DNA of 64,000 nt from the human T2T-CHM13v2.0 reference genome, Homo sapiens: assembly GCF_009914755.1 (NCBI RefSeq), contig NC_060927.1. One strand, given 5' to 3'. Each line of letters starts with the position of its first letter. Positions within the stretch are counted from its first letter, which is position 1. Positions 1-28,211 of this stretch are shown one piece after another. The notes under the pieces are model-generated. The model saw only the letters and a list, made by a program, of their open reading frames with translations, was not told the origin of the DNA and did not search any database. The position numbers and the translations under genes were made by a program.

Positions 1-136
1 GAATCACTTGAACCCGGGAGGTAGAGGTTGTGGTGAGCTGAGATCTCACCACTGCACTCCAACCTGGGCAACGAGAGGGAAACTCTGTCTCAAAACAAAA
101 CAAAACAAAACAAAACAAAACAAAACAAAACAAAAC
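1..136 (+). mobile_element. Alu 3' portion with (CAAAA)n tail
   Basis: Alu right-arm sequence followed by a pentanucleotide tail. Confidence 0.9.
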
Positions 137-616
137 ACCCAATCTCCTTATCCCACTTAAGGCCCGGCCCCTCCTGCCCTTGCTCCTTCTTCTCCTGCCC
201 ATTTTCCTTTTACTCACTTTGTTGATCATTCCTGGAACACTCTTTCCTGCCTCAGGGCCTTTGTACTTGTTGTTTCCTATGCTTTTCCCTCAGCTCCTCA
301 CATGTTCCGCCCTGCTCCTCCAGAGTCTCCAGGAATCTGCATTTTCAATATGTATTTCACGTGATGCTCATGCACCCTTATATTTCAGAGTTTCTGGATT
401 TGGATGAGTGTTTAAGGGGAAGGGCGTTCAAGAACCAACTTCTGACAGATGCCTAGAGTATAACTATTCTCTCTCAGCCTTTTGCGAGACAAGGTGGGTC
501 CCCTGGACCACGATGCTCCTCAAGAAGGACCTGGGTATGGTATGTCGGCTCATAGAAGGATGGCATTTTAGGGCTTGAAGTGCCCCCACCAAAGGCCAGA
601 ATGTCCGACATTCTAG

Positions 617-979
<363 letters not shown>

Positions 980-1700
980 TAAGCTATACATAAGGTAACC
1001 ATAACAAATTTGACCTTCCTTTAAAATGGGGTTTGGGGACTGAGATATATTCAGATATTGACTGCCTAAGAACTAGTCACCCTGAAAGGTTCACAGAGGA
1101 CAAATTATTGGGTCAAATTAAAATGACCTATTGGAAGGTATTGGAAGCATTAAGCAAACACTGAGCTGACACTACAGGCAAGTTCCTATGCTAGGAGTGT
1201 GAGGGGAAGCAAGACGGTGGGCCCAGATCTGCCTAGCCTGCCCACAAGGGCTTACAGCCCCTCAACGGAGCTTGTCATGGGGCAAAGTAGATTGAGTAGT
1301 TTTATTTTTTATTGTTTTTGAGGAGTTTTTCTATTCCCACCTAGTAGGCAGGTGGTAAGGGTAAGCAGAAGTGAGAACTTCACAAAGAGGCCATGACAAG
1401 GACAAGCAGTAAAGAGCCATGACTTTGTTGTCAACGTCTCCTCTCTGTGAGTTCTTTTAGGAACTCTTTCCTCCCTGCCTGTAGTTCTAGGGGGCTGCCA
1501 ATCAAGGTGGCCCTGTACCAGCCAACCCTCCCATTAGGAGTGATTCTCCAACCCCAGGAGTTGGGTCCATCAGAGTCCTCCCTGGGACGTCTTCGACAGA
1601 CTCAGAGTCAGGCTCCCTCTCTTCCTGGCTTCCCAAATTGGCCAGAGATGAGCCTTGTGTTGTCCAATTGCATCACCCGCACCCAGTAGAGAAAGCTGAG

Positions 1701-1811
1701 AATTGCTGGAACCCGGGAGGCGGAGGTTGCAGTGAGCCAAGATTGCACCACTGCACTCCAGCCTGGGAGACAGAGCGAGACTCTGTCTCAAAAAAAAAAA
1801 AAAAAAAAAAA
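1701..1811 (+). mobile_element. 5'-truncated Alu
   Basis: Right-arm end plus poly(A). Confidence 0.85.
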
Positions 1812-2102
1812 GGAAGCCTACTAACTAGAGTTCAATATTTGCTTATAGTTCTTTATCTTTAGTCTGAGGGTATATAGTTGAAACACAGTATGCAAAAGTC
1901 ACTTGGGTTGGTTTTCCCGCACTCTGCCCACTTCAGTGTGTTTGCATCATTTTGCATTATTCATTTTATTATTCATTTTAATTAATGTCAAGTTCATTGC
2001 TTCTGCTAATATTCAAATTTAAGGGATTTCTTTTCTTTCATACTTGTTGGTTTTCATTTTGAGTATGTGAAACATTAATACACCATTAAAAGTATATGCA
2101 GA

Positions 2103-2432
<330 letters not shown>

Positions 2433-2820
2433 TACGCAGGCAAGTGTAACTCCCCCACCCATCCCTTCCACCTTGTTCCTATGCTCCCATCTCTACCACA
2501 TATCTCTACTCCCTAAAGTAACCAATCTCGTTTCCTAGTTTATCCTTCCTGCATATCTCTTTTCAAAAATAACCAGATACCTCTAGGTTTTATTTCTCCT
2601 TCTTTTCACAATATAGACACTCTCTAGCACTTTTCTTTGCTTGTATGCTGGACATCACTCAACAGTTCGTAGAGGCATCTGAGCTTCTGTACAGCTATGC
2701 AGTATACCATCATGTGGCTGTACTAGGGTTTACTCAACCACTCTTCTGTGTATGGGCATTTAGGTTGTTTCTAATATTTTGTAATTCCAAATGTGCTTCA
2801 GTGAATAATCTTACGCATAA

Positions 2821-3149
<329 letters not shown>

Positions 3150-3403
3150 AGAAATGTTTCTTTAGAGTAAACCCTCAGAAGTTGCATTGCCAGATGAAAA
3201 GTTAAACATGTATGTAGTTTTGTTAGATGTTATTAGATTTCCCTTCATATGAGTTCTAGCAATTTGCATACTCACCAGCAACATATGAAAGTGTCTGTTT
3301 TCCCACAGACTTGCCAGCTGAATGCTTTGTCAAACTTTAAAATTTTTGCTAATGTGACAGGTAAGAAATGGTATCTCAGCGCAGTTTTTAAAAGATGTAT
3401 ATA

Positions 3404-6975
<3,572 letters not shown>

Positions 6976-6980
6976 CTAAA

Positions 6981-7725
<745 letters not shown>

Positions 7726-8081
7726 TAGACAAAATGCCATTTATATATAGAGAAAATATTATTTCCAAAAAATTATTGGGACTTAAGTAATTATTGATTA
7801 CTTTAGGTATCAAACACTCAGACTTTTAATCCCATCCCCCTACTCCCACCCAACCCTGCCAAAAAAAAAAAGTGGAAGGAAGGAAGAAAGGGAGGAAGAA
7901 AAGAAAAATGTAGTACATGTTTCTAGCTATTAGCATCACAGCCAGTAACTCCATCTACTGGAAGGCTTAAGAGGAAGAGGCAACTCTGGAGTCAGGCAGA
8001 ACTTGGTCTGAATTCTGGCTGAGCTGCTTCAGCTGTGTGGCCATGATCAAGTCATTTAATCTGTGTCCTTCAATCAGCTCA

Positions 8082-8444
<363 letters not shown>

Positions 8445-8544
8445 TTATTTGTAAAGTGGATTGCCTATATTCACTTTGCAGAGTGACTGTGAAAATTAAA
8501 TGGGAATATTCATGTGAAGAACCATATTGCATAGCTCATGGTGG

Positions 8545-8655
8545 ACACTTAGTCCATTTGGGCTTCTATAACAAAAATGCCACAGACTGGGCAGCTTATA
8601 TACAACAGAAATTTATTTCTCACAATTCTGGAGGCTGTGAAATCCAAGATTAAAG
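8545..8655 (-). mobile_element. MLT1 (ERVL-MaLR) LTR fragment
   Basis: AACAGAAATTTATTTCTCACAATTCTGGAGGCTG...AATCCAAGAT is the MLT1 terminus. Confidence 0.7.
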
Positions 8656-8829
8656 CATAGGCAGAAGAAGTGAGTCTAATGGGGTGTAGAGTGTTGAGAG
8701 CCACCAGGAGCTGCCTTGTGCTGTGGACTGATGTTCCAACAGGAGTCAGAACAGTCAAAATGACCATGAAAGGTATCCAAAGACTAACTTTGGAGGGGGT
8801 TTTATTCCTATGGGGCTCAGTGAAATGGA

Positions 8830-9330
8830 GATAGCAAGTCACCCTTTGTCAGAATGTGAGTTGAGTTCCATATTGAGAAAATTGAGCAGTTCCCAGCTCT
8901 CTGCTGGGAGGAACAAGGCCCAGGTTGATGCTCTGTGCTGGGTTTGGTAATGGGAGATTTATGCCATTCGTGTGATGTGTGATAAGATGCAGGAGGTGAA
9001 AGCGGCTATGAACACTGATTAACTCAAAAGTTGACCACCAGCACACACAGCCATTGTTTCCAGCAGCACTCTTTAGTGATGGGCTTTGTCTGGCTGGCTT
9101 CACAAAAGACAAATGCCATTACAGGAGACCAAATAACCTTATTTAGGCAGTTGTCAGATAATAGAGACGCTCCAGGTATTAGCCTGACTGCATTAGCTTG
9201 ATTTGTTACTACTGTTCACCTTGTCTTGAGCATTAATGGAGACAAAAGGCCTAGAATTACCAGGAACAGAGATAAGCTGTGGATTAGAGCCTACGTGTTT
9301 TGAGGGAAAGATAATTCTATCTCGGGTTTT
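8830..9330. promoter_or_regulatory. Candidate HESX1 3' enhancer (GATA / PITX-OTX / SOX motif cluster)
   Basis: Repeat-free block with five WGATAR sites, GGATTA at 9281-9286 and CATTGTT at 9052-9058, about 3 kb downstream of HESX1. Confidence 0.45.
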
Positions 9331-9680
9331 CCTTTCCATTTTCATTTTGCTTGATTTTTCCCGAGTCCAATTTTCCCCCTGAATATCATTATATTCTCTC
9401 CAAATTTCTAGCAATTGTAATTCCAAAAATGTTACTGATTCATTATTTCTTTTAACAAGATCAGCCTTTATCTTTAGATTTTTAAAAAAGATTTTAGGGG
9501 AAATACACTAGCAATCTTTTCTATTACCCTGCTTCTTGAGTATTCTTATATATTATGAACTTGCTTCACAAAAGTTATAATAGAACTTATATTGTTATTA
9601 GTATCAAAAAATATAAAAAAATAGGCATATTACATTTATAGTTATTTATTTAATATTATAAATTCTTGTTTTAATTTTTC

Positions 9681-9845
9681 TGACTTATAAATGTTTCAGT
9701 TATAAATATATCATTTCTATTATAAATGATTTCAGTTATACATATGTAGCTTCAGTTATAAATATATAAGTTCAGTTGTAAACACAATTTATTTCAATTA
9801 TAAATAAAATTGAATTTTAGGGCCACATAAATCAGTTATATAAAA
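9681..9845. repeat. Degenerate AT-rich tandem repeat, core TTCAGTTATAAAT
   Basis: Cores at 9695, 9715, 9731, 9751, 9771, 9793 and about 9832. Confidence 0.75.
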
Positions 9846-11126
9846 TTGTCATTGGAAAATACTGAGACAATGATGGTCTAGGGTTATGATGTTTCTCTCC
9901 TCACCAGACTTTTTAGAGGTATGCCAGTTTTTATAATTAAAAAAAAACTTAAGTGCATTCTTAGTTGTCAATCGATATCTGTGATGGTGTTTCATTTTTT
10001 TCTAGATTCTATCATTTTGCACAGAATCTTTACATTCCTCAGAGATTTGGGAATTAGGTTTAATTGTAGAAATTCTAGATAAACTATGATTACTCTGAAA
10101 AATCTCAATTTATGAAAAGCACTACTTCAAAAATACTTTAATATTAATATTAATAATGTGGAATATTTTCTTATTGTGTATAAGACTTGAAATCTTATCC
10201 TAAACCAAGCAGACGTTCAGGAGACAGAGCTATAATTCTGACATGGCAGGATGTCAGAGAGACGCAAAACTGAATATCAAGTGTGATCACATTTTAAAAA
10301 ATAACAGCAAAAACAACAAATATGTGTGTGTGTACATATATAAAGATGTTTTTGTGATACACAAAAAGATCTTAAAGATGTTTAATGATGGTTATCTCTG
10401 AAGGATGAGATTCAAGGGGGATTTTACTCTATTTCTATACTGCTTATATTGTTTGCAGAATACAGAATGACAATAAATTTGGAATTAAAATAAAAGCTTA
10501 CCCATCATGTGACACATTCCCCTCCAACCCACTCCTCCAGAGCCTACTCCTGGTAACTTCCAGTCTTTCAATTTAACATAATTTCATAATAACCTAATGG
10601 AGAACAAAGAAAACTCTTTGTGGATAAATTTGAACTAATACATTTCATAAATAGTGCTTCCAATTTTTATATGAATGGAAGCAGCTCTTTATATTGGAAA
10701 AAGTGGCTCAGTCTTTTTTGGAAAACATGTAATGCCTATGTTCTTCCTAACTACCCTGTTGCCCTTCTTTTCCTCCTCCCTCTCCATCTCAGCAACAGTG
10801 GAATAGAATAAGCACGCTTATTGTTGACCAATTGTTGGGACACATAGCTCTCAACCTCAAATGTGCTCTCAGTAAATAATTTTAAAAAGCTCTAAAATCT
10901 GAGTCATGCTGCGTTTCCTTAGAAATAATATGCAAACTCCCTCTAGTCTTTTATATATAAAAAATAGTGATTATAGATTCAATAATTCAATGAGAACCTT
11001 CCACCTTGATCATCACTGGGACATCAGAAAGGACAGAGGACAGAAAGAAAAGAGAAGCAAGGGAGAATTCAATTCAAATGGACAAAGCTGAAATTTGGCT
11101 TCCAGTGGACAAAGTCAGAGTCTTAA

Positions 11127-11552
<426 letters not shown>

Positions 11553-12201
11553 CCCCATCTTTAATTGGCAGGTAAAATGGGAAAATGGGAAATGAAAACA
11601 CATAGTTTTTGTTACTTAGAAAGCACCTTGATTATTTCCAGTGACTATGTCAGAGCACTTACAAAAGGTGGGTCAGTTATCCTACCTTCTCAGTCAACTT
11701 AATATTGCAGTTGATTAGAAATCATTTAAACTGGAAATAGATATAAGCTACATGATCACTATCACTAATGAATGAAAGTAAAGTACAAAATTAAACTAGA
11801 AAACTATTTAAAATTTTGCATTTATTTGCTGCTTACTTCTTTTGTGCAATTCAATACCAATGGTATAAATATGATAGCTGATGCTTGTATATTTCTACTT
11901 TGGCATAATGACTTTGCTTGGAAAAAAAACTTGAAACTAACATACTGTAAGAATTTGTTCTGATAAATGGTGAGAAATTCTCACTGCTTTATGCTATAAA
12001 TCAAGAGAAGTTGAAGATTCATGAATAAATCATAATTTATAATATAGTGAAGCATAATTATGTTTCAAAATGTGCATGGAAGAAACTAATGAAAACAACT
12101 CACACTTTTGTTCTTCAGATTATTTTACTTGAAATACTTTATAATTAGAATCCAGCTTGTGGAATCACTTAGTCATGAGTCTATTGATTTTAACAAACTA
12201 A

Positions 12202-12259
12202 TTTATTAGATTAATTTGGCTTACTTAAAAAATAGCAATCTTTTCTGAAAATGTTTATT
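12202..12259 (-). terminator. HESX1 candidate polyadenylation signals (AATAAA x2)
   Basis: TTTATT on the + strand at 12254-12259 and 12202-12207, 200-260 nt past the stop codon. Confidence 0.65.
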
Positions 12260-12464
12260 AAAATATATATAAAAGGTCTTTACTATAACTAAAAGTGCCC
12301 AAATATGTACCATGCTATAATAGTATTTACAATATATTTTCAGAAAAAATGACAATATTCAGATTAAATGCAGGAAAGAAAACATCACATTTTAACACTT
12401 AATATTTCCACTGATTCTTCATGCTCTGCAATTAGAAGATAATTTCACTTGTTTAGTTTTCTAT

Positions 12465-14500
<2,036 letters not shown>

Positions 14501-16069
14501 GAAGTGATGCACAAATGTGGCACTTATCTTTTATTTGAAATCATTAATGTATAAAATCAAGCTTTTTATTCTGAAGTTTATACTTTCATGGGCTCCAGTT
14601 ACCTAAACATACAGGCAAGATACGAGAGCAGTCGAGTAATAAATAATCTAATTTAAGTAAATTTTCTTCCAAGGAAATGGGAAAAAATAATAATCTCTTA
14701 ATGCTATTACAGTAATTCTGATGAAAATGCCTGTTTTTCATATGCATATGTAATAGGGAATGTTGTCAATGAAAACACAATAGTATTTGGAGTGCAGCAT
14801 AGTGGAAAAGGTTGGCAATGTTATTAACATGGAGTGTAATTGTCTTCCAAGTGCCTGGATTAATTCATAGGAACAGTTGCACCAAGTATTTTAAATAATT
14901 AATGGGCTAATTCCTTTCCTTCCTCTTTTCTTTTAAATGAGAGAGATACATGTTTATATGAAGGTTCATATGTAATCACCTTCAAGCAACTTAGAAGCAT
15001 GACTACTTAAAGTGAATAATTTCTCTATCACAGTTATTTCAAAGAAAAGAACATAGTTTGCTTTCTAAAGAAAAATTTCCGTCTGTTGATCTTTTGAGGG
15101 ATGGGCAGAGGATGGAGTCTTTCAAGATGGTAAGGCTTATGAAAATAACCAAGAACAGAATGTTTTAATTTCATAATCCTAAGAAAACTTGAAATTAAAA
15201 TTAAAGTATAACTGCTGATTGGGAAGATTTTGAACTGGCTGTTCCCCCCGCAAAGGTATACTTGTAGTTTTTATACTCTGCTCCTCCTCTTCTTCCAGTA
15301 CCTTCCTGAAGATAAATTTAAGTGCTTAGCTTTATTCATTATTTAAACAACTGCTGTTCTTTCCTTCAGGGAAGGGAAAAACAGTCTCCACTCATAGAGG
15401 AAATAGCCTCTATAGGATGGAGCTCATCTTCATCAGCTTTTATCCTATTATGATCTCACAAATATTGAGCTAAATTCCTCCTGATGAAAGCTCTCGGGTA
15501 AATAAAGGATCTCACATGCAAAACATCAACAGGCATATGGATTTATAAATGTACGTGTAAAACCATTCTGCGGATGAATAAACCGGTGAACATTTATACC
15601 TCATGGAGATTTTGTATATAGTGCTGAGATGTAGATTGTGCAAAGGTGGGGGGTATCTTAATCTGGGACGACTAGGAGGAAGCGAGAGAATACAGGACCT
15701 TTTCAGCTTTCTTTCTCTCCTTTGAGACATTCATTATTTCCTTCCACAATTGGTTGAGCACCTTCTCAGAACCAGAAAAAAACAAAATACTATCCTTGCC
15801 TTCATAGAGCTCACAGTGGTGCAGGGTGGGGGGCAGGAAACAAATAATAATTATAGGTAAATTATCTAGTATGTTAGCCAGGGTAAGAATGAGAAAAGGA
15901 AACAGGTGAGCCAGGTAAGATGAATTAGTGCAGGAAGTGGAGGGGTAGATGTCAGTGTAGGCCTCACTGAGCCCCTGAGCCCCGCAGATGAGTGCCTAAG
16001 AGGCACAAGGCAGAAGGATGCCACAGCGCATGCCAGAGCAACTCCAGTTTTCAACTTCTTCTTTATTAA

Positions 16070-16486
<417 letters not shown>

Positions 16487-16561
16487 GGATTTACACATAT
16501 CATTTTATATATGGATGAGTAGTTGAAAATAAAAGGCAGGAAAAATTATCTAAAAATGTGA

Positions 16562-16907
<346 letters not shown>

Positions 16908-16909
16908 TC

Positions 16910-20700
<3,791 letters not shown>

Positions 20701-21164
20701 TATGCTGGGTCATATTCCTTGTAACACCCTTCTATTACAAAACAGCTTGATTATAGATAAAACATACCTTTAAATGCATTGCTGAGATCTCAACAAGTAA
20801 GAGAAAATGTGTTTGTTCATCAGACAAAACAAAAACCAAAACCAGTAACCAAGCACTGAAATCAGAACTGCGAGCAGTGATCAGTAACCAAATGGTAAAC
20901 ATGGGGTCGCCTCCAAGGGCAAATAACTTTAGCATCAAAAACCAAGATATTAATCCTCAGACTAGCAGTAGGTGGGGCTGAAGACTCCTCTTGGTTCCTA
21001 GAAAAGGCAAACTAAACCCTCTCTGGAGGAAAGCATCCCTAATTTAGGTTCACAAGATTTCCACAGATTAACAGCAAGCAAACATAAGCTCATAATCAAA
21101 GATCATCAAGCATCTGAGGCCAGCCACCTCATGAGGGAAAGCCAGCAGAAACGAGATTTATAGC

Positions 21165-21900
<736 letters not shown>

Positions 21901-22617
21901 TCTAGAAGAAATTCAGATATGGGAGTTAACAACAACAGATTATAAAATTTCTAACAAGTGAAAGTTTAAAGAACTAAAAGTTAGAATCATCAATAGGGAC
22001 AAGCAAGAAGAAATTATCAGAAATGACTGGGAAGATTTTAAAAAGAACTAAATGGAATTCATAAAATAAAAAATGCATATAATTATTGAAATATACTCTG
22101 GATAAGTTAAAGAGCATTTTGGGTCGTCATGAGAGCGCCCTTTCCCACACCCTGGCCAATACTCACTGTTATAAACATTTTAAATTATTGCCAATCTGAC
22201 GCATAAAATAATCTGTTTCACATTTCTTCAAGTAAGGTTGGGCATTAATTTCTTTACAGGTTTACTAGTCAATGTGTATTTCTTCTTTTGTGAAATAATA
22301 GTGTATTCCCTCAGCCCATTTTTCTATTAAAGTGATTGTTTTGTTTGTTTCTTCACTTTCTTCAGAAGGTGGGGGTGATGGCAGGGACTAAATGGGAAGA
22401 AAAATGAGGAAACTTTTTGGGGTGATGGGAATGTTCTATATTTTGATAGATTTGGATTACACAGCTGTATGCATTTGTCAGTACTCATTGATTGGTACTC
22501 TAAAATTTGTTCACTATATGCAAAATTTTATCTATAAAAGCATAAACAAGTACTTAACTTGTCAATGTTATGTATGCTAAAGAGTTTAAGAGGGAAGTAT
22601 ATTGACGTCTACAACTT

Positions 22618-23245
<628 letters not shown>

Positions 23246-23335
23246 TGCATAAAACATAAAATGGATGGATGGATAAATATGTGATGCTTTCATTATCACT
23301 CTTATTCAACATTATTGTGTAATTCTGGATGATTA

Positions 23336-23595
23336 GAACTTCTAAACCAATTGAGTTTTCTGGGATGATGAAAATGTTCTTCATCTGAGCTATCCAATAT
23401 GGTAGCCACTAGCTACATGTGGCTAATGAGCACTTGAAATGTTGCTAGTGCAACTGAGGAACTGAATTTTAAATGTAATTAAGTTTAATTTAATTTAAAC
23501 TTGGACAGACACACATGGCTAGCGGCTCCAAACAGAATAACACAGACAGAGAACATTTCCATAACTGCAAGAAGTTTTACTGGATAGTGCTGGTC
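23336..23595. mobile_element. MER3 / hAT-Charlie MITE plus adjacent Charlie-type terminus
   Basis: TCCAATATGGTAGCCACTAGCTACATGTGGCTAATGAGCACTTGAAATG...ACTGAGGAACTGAATTTT. Confidence 0.8.
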
Positions 23596-23631
23596 TAGAA
23601 GTATAGAACAATACTGAAAATAGTGATGATA

Positions 23632-23963
<332 letters not shown>

Positions 23964-25155
23964 GAAAATAGTGATGATAAAAACAAAAAACAAACACCTT
24001 TGTTTTGTTCTGACATGAGAACAGTATTTCACCATTAAAATAGTATCTTCTGCTGGTTTCTAATAAATGCTGTTTATTTAGCACAATGTTATAATGAATA
24101 CAAACACAAAATATCTACAGAGCTTTATTGCTTCTCCAGCATTTTAGCATATTTGTGTTTAATCTTCTCACGAATCTTTTATCATTTGGTAGCTGAGAAA
24201 ACAGAAATTGAGAGTACAGTTGTAATACCAGAAGTCACTAACTAGGAAGTGGCAGAGCCTTGACTTGTATTTTCTGTCTCCAAATCCTGTTTTATTGACT
24301 TCACCTATTAATGGCCATTGTAACATCTTCACCAATGATCTCATGGTATAAATACCAAAGTGTACTAATCAATTAAGAAAAAAACTGTGAAAACTTTGCA
24401 TATGATATCAATATCTTTCAACAATTACTTTGATATGAGAAAGAAAAGTCTGACATATTGACATTAGAGAGAAGAGATTTTAGGAATAAAATTGGACAGT
24501 CTATATTTCAAATATCTATACATACAAGATGAAGTAAAAACTGAGAGGTTTATGTTTTTTCTTGTTTTAGGAACATGTAAATCTATTCATGTTTTGATAA
24601 ATATTTATCTTTAAATTGTGTATTTCAATTAATATCCAAATCATTAACATCAGGAAAAACGTACTAGGTCTGAGGTGTTTTGGCAGAGATTTCTGTAAAC
24701 CAGCCATACAATTATTATGCTGTGAGCGTAATAAGAAATGGAATAAGCAAAGCTCCAGTGAACCTTGCCCCTTCCTTACTTTTGCATAGGAATTGCACTG
24801 ATTTCACACTTTCAGTATTTTTAATGTTAAAATGTGTTTTCTTAAATATAAGTTTATTTTTTACTGCAATGCCTTCAGTGTTTCCTAGAACAATGCCCAA
24901 GTAGACATTCAATAAAATTTGTTGAATAAGTGAATTAAATGGATGGATGGACAGATGGGACTAGCAAGATGTGACATTTGAAACCTGACATGCAACTTAA
25001 ATACTGTACTAGTATTGTTTATTGTTTAAGTTTACTTGAACAGGGTTTAACTATTGTTTTTTAATGTGTAAAGTAATCCCAGTTTTCTCTGAACTACATG
25101 TGTATCACTCCAGGGCAATCTACAGAAGAGAAGACATTATGGCATTCTGTAACTA

Positions 25156-26127
<972 letters not shown>

Positions 26128-26546
26128 CTAAAAATCTCGAGTCATGTTGAACAATTCATATTTGTGGCACTCTGTGGTTTCTATGGCCCTTGTCTGCCAT
26201 TGTTACTAGAGACACACAGGAGCTTTCCCAGTGATTACAAGGTTCAGGAGAGCAAGATCTGTTTCATACAGTCTTCGATCTCCCCTGCACCCAGCACAGT
26301 GCCTGTCACATAGGAAATGTTAAGTAAGTTTATTGAGTACATTTGGTTTATAACAATTAAAAAGTATTTCAGCCTTTGCTCTTCTCAAATCTCAAAAGAG
26401 TAAAGTATTATATTTTTCATTTTCAAACCAGTTAAAATTGTTTACAGTATAATGTCTTGTATATATCAAGCCCTTGATTTAAAAAATTTGATATGAAGTC
26501 AACCAAAAGACAAATGCATTTTTATTTTTAAAAGATTCATTCTATA

Positions 26547-26900
<354 letters not shown>

Positions 26901-27063
26901 TCATTCTATACAACAGTACATGGAGAAAAATATGATAGTCTCCTTTACTTTTACCCCATCTTACCTCCCCAGCTTACTGGCTATCACCACTAACAATGTA
27001 GCGTTTCTCCTGCCTGTCTTTCAAAATACTTTGACTTAAATAGGAGGATGCACATATGCACAT

Positions 27064-27256
27064 ATTTTTTTTTATTATACTGTAAGTTCTAGAGTACATG
27101 TACACAACGTGCAAGTTTGTTACATAGGTATACATGTGCCATGTTGGTTTGCTGCACCCATCAACTCATCATTTACATTAGGTATTTCTCCTAATGCTAT
27201 CCCTCCTCCAGCCCCTCACCTCCGACAGGCCTCGGTGTGTGATGTTCCCCACCCTG
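27064..27256 (-). mobile_element. 5'-truncated L1PA 3' end
   Basis: TTATTATACTGTAAGTTCTAGAGTACATG...CATTAGGTATTTCTCCTAATGCTATCCCTCC. TSD CACA(T/C)ATGCACAT. Confidence 0.9.
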
Positions 27257-27912
27257 GCACACATGCACATGGGGTCAAACGTGTACTGTTCTGTAATGTG
27301 GTCCACTCTCCCATAGTGTGACACACACACACACACACACCACAAACATGTATAGCTCTGCCTCTCCCTTCAACACCTGCTTGGCACTACAAGTGGATGA
27401 ACCATAATTTTATCAATCTATACCCCAGATAATGAGGCATATAGGTTGTCTCCAATTTTTTACTATACCATTTTGGCAATGAACATCCTCTACATACATG
27501 TTAGCACACATGCAGGGGTGCACGGAAATGCATGGAAATCCATGGAAAACTTTCTTTGAAAAGCATATTATTTTTTAGTGGATGCTGCCATATTTCCTTC
27601 TAAGAAATCTTTACCAGTGAACACTCTCATCCAGTCAAACCCTTGTTCTTATGTCCTGCCTGGATTGACAGTGGGAACAAGAAAACTCAGGGCTGAGCTA
27701 AATTAGACTCAGGTTTTTCTCAGACTCAACATTCAAAGATAAAATGGTTTTGGATTTAAGGCCCCAAAGGGCTCAGGCCTAAACTTTAGTGCTATTTAAT
27801 CTAATCGCTGTAGATTAAATGGGAGTTGTCAGTTAACCCAAGAACCTGATAGTTATTTATAACATTGTTCCTGGGGGATAAATGTTATGGTTTTAAACAA
27901 CTTTAATTTTCT

Positions 27913-28211
<299 letters not shown>

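Noticed and set aside
9695-9845. CRISPR-like repeat-spacer appearance
   Set aside because: Eukaryotic DNA, 13-bp cores with mostly 3-9-nt linkers and no cas genes; a degenerate minisatellite.
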